Of a stretch of DNA of 64,000 bases, positions 61,525 to 64,000 are shown one piece after another. The stretch is taken from assembly GCA_964304625.1 (NCBI GenBank), contig OZ199840.1, forward strand, positions 6,445,120 to 6,509,119, written 5' to 3'. A program made the translations under genes and the position numbers. The DNA is from Kudoa neothunni (taxonomy: Eukaryota; Animalia; Cnidaria). The number at the start of each line of letters is the position of its first letter. Position 1 is the stretch's first letter. The notes under the pieces were generated by a model that searched no databases, was not told the origin of the DNA, and saw nothing but the letters and a program-made list of their open reading frames with translations.

Positions 61525-62845
61525 GGTGCTGTTATCAAATTTGTCTTTGTTTACACGATTTGACTCCCATAACTAACATTGTTATTGTGACTGTATGACG
61601 ACACAATAAGATCTCCCACTTCGTAACAATACAGCGACAATAATGCCGACAAATAGACCACTGCAAAATCGAAATAATTTTGAATCAAATACTACGCATC
61701 ATATTACTGATAATTACACTGGTGTTTAATATAACACAATAATATCATGATGAATAATGTGAAGAGTCGGTAAATGTTTTGGGAAATATAATTTCAAAAT
61801 CAATACTTAAACTGAGATTTAGTTTAATGTTATGAAGAAGTTATTTACAAATTACAGAGATTTTCTGATTTATAAAAATAACTGAATTCAGGTGAGCATT
61901 AAAGTAGAGAAATTAATTGGCCCTTTTGAACAATAACACCGTTATAGTTGACATTCTGGCGTCTAATAATAACTTTAAACAAACCTTCACTACCAAAAAG
62001 CCACATAATTATATTTTACAGTTTTATAGTTAATTATTATAATTATAAGTTTTATCCGATATTTTTACCCCTGGCGTAATCATCTCGTGAGTAACAACGT
62101 TGATAGTTGCATTTGCTTGAAAAGTAATCATGGGTTGTTTCAAATAAATACTCTCCAGGAAAAACCGGGGCTTGGCAATAATTCTAATATTAAAATATAA
62201 TGAGCTTTAGCAATTGTTTTTTTCCACATGGATCCTTAGTGACTGCGAATAATTGTTCGGAAAATGACAATAATTTCAGCCACTGCACTAGATTAGAATT
62301 AATATATTGAATTATCCTTTTATCAATAAAAAATAGATTATTATTTTGTTATTGTTAACTAATAGAATCATGATTGCATAAAGTTTCACTTGCTCCAGAC
62401 GGTAGGAACTCGAATTGGCTATTTTATCTTCGATTCAATAGAATTTTAAGAATAAAGTTTTCTTCGATAAAGGGCAAACTACAATCAAGATTGGATATTG
62501 CGTAAATTAAGATTTTCATCATGAAAATAATTACATTGGAAATTAATTTTAAATAATTATCAGTATTTCATTTAGAAAATTAGTAATTTACAATAAAAAT
62601 AAAAAAATATTCTTTCTGTGTCCCCGACATAGTATTGCGTAAAACCTTTTTATTGCGCAACGAAAAAATCAATATGAATCGATATTGCGTAATTTTTTCT
62701 TCAATATATGGAGGAAACAGTGTGATATTTTCGAGAAAATTAGTATAATACTTTGTTTAACCTCAATAAAAATAATCAAAGATGTCATAAAAATGAAGAT
62801 AGAAAAATTTATCCTTAATGGTATGGTTATTTTGGTTATATCTGA

Positions 62846-62880
62846 ATATATATATATATATATACACATATATATATATA
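62846..62880. repeat. (AT)n microsatellite, interrupted
   Basis: Direct observation. Confidence 0.85.
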
Positions 62881-62899
62881 TTCTAGGACATTCAATGCT

Positions 62900-63800
62900 G
62901 ACAGAATTCCTTCTCATGAAATCAAGCTGAAAAATTCAGACATTGAAGGAAATAGGAAAGGCATTTAAATAAAAGATTCCTCGGCACAAGTGAAGAAATT
63001 TATCAAAAATCGCACCAATGATCACATTATTTCTGAAGACTTATTCTCAAAATGTTTATTATCATTGCGAAAAAGAATAAAGTTCAAAATTATAGAGAAA
63101 GCAAGGGATGTGTAACAAAGTTTGAAAAAAATTGGAATCATTTTAAACATTTTCATGGTGAAACTACAAACAGCATTCTTTCATCTATTAATGGATCTAT
63201 GAAAATAAAAATTTGACAAACCCCTATAACCCAAGAGATATAATAAATATTATGATACCGCTATGTATTATGAGCAATTACAGAACAGCAGTTACTTATT
63301 AAAGGAAGGAAAGTGACAAAAAGGATAAAAGCTATCAAAAAAACTTAAAGATTTTGGTATTACACTTTTTATGTGGAGGAAATTTGCCATTATCAATAAT
63401 TGGAAAATATTGAAATCCTGGGTGCTTCAAGGAGGTTAAAACATACCCTATGGTCATTGTGCTCCAAAAAATATCTCGATGATTTTGGCTATATTTTTCA
63501 GGAAATGAACAAGGTAAATTCTAAAATGTCGGCAAAGAACATAAAAATGCTAATCTTGCTGAGCCAGCGCCCAGCACATCCAAAAGAAATCTTTTGTTAT
63601 GGCAATATAAAGATTATTTTAACTAAAAATACAACAGTTATTTTCCAACAAATCCATCTAGGGATGATTTCAATGTTTTAAAAATAAAAAAATGTGTACT
63701 TGTATGATATTATTTTATGATTCATCAAATTCTAAATACAATTTACTTGATGCAATTTTAACTCCGAATAGCATGAAACTGCATCACATCAAAAATTATT
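62900..63800 (+). pseudogene. Tigger/pogo transposase relic
   Basis: FHGE, YNPRDIIN..DTA.YY, IIGK..NP.CFK, LILLSQRPAHP. Heavily decayed; limits are approximate. Confidence 0.6.
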
Positions 63801-64000
63801 TTGAACATTTCAAAAAATTCAATATATTTTATGAAAATAAAAGCTAATGCAAACAGTTAAAATTATATCTATTGTGTTAGGACGGGGAGACGGAAAGAGA
63901 TGATGAAAGTGGTAAAAAGAACAAAATTACAAATCACAACCAAACTTTTAACATTTTTATTATCGATAAAAACAAGGAAAACTACCTATAATGATGGCAT

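Noticed and set aside
1-64000. tRNA or rRNA genes and prokaryotic systems
   Set aside because: None recognised. The only tRNA-like sequence is the retrotransposon PBS.

Overview
This is AT-rich eukaryotic (metazoan) genomic DNA with very short GT-AG introns (41-76 nt, apart from one enlarged by an inserted element) and divergent proteins. A myxozoan-like parasite would fit, but the sequence alone cannot establish that. About half of the window is transposon-derived. I find six genes that are not transposases. Two of them are largely or wholly invisible in the ORF track and were reconstructed by hand-splicing: PA28gamma/PSME3 (10 introns, all phase 0) and an intact 9-exon Ulp1/SENP-family (C48) protease with a His-Asn-Cys triad, lying next to a Mutator TIR. 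The other four are an OATP/SLCO transporter, a SIPA1L-type RapGAP, TAM41 and a claudin/PMP22 protein. The transposons include two nested stacks: piggyBac > pogo MITE > piggyBac > MULE, and piggyBac MITE > Helitron > intact Ginger2 with perfect 134-bp TIRs. There is also a very compact 3.87-kb Ty3/Gypsy element with 82-bp LTRs inserted in a MULE, two long inverted-repeat pairs (~1.25 kb and 682 bp), and Merlin, Tigger and hAT relics and MITEs. All family assignments come from motif recognition by eye; no database search was run.
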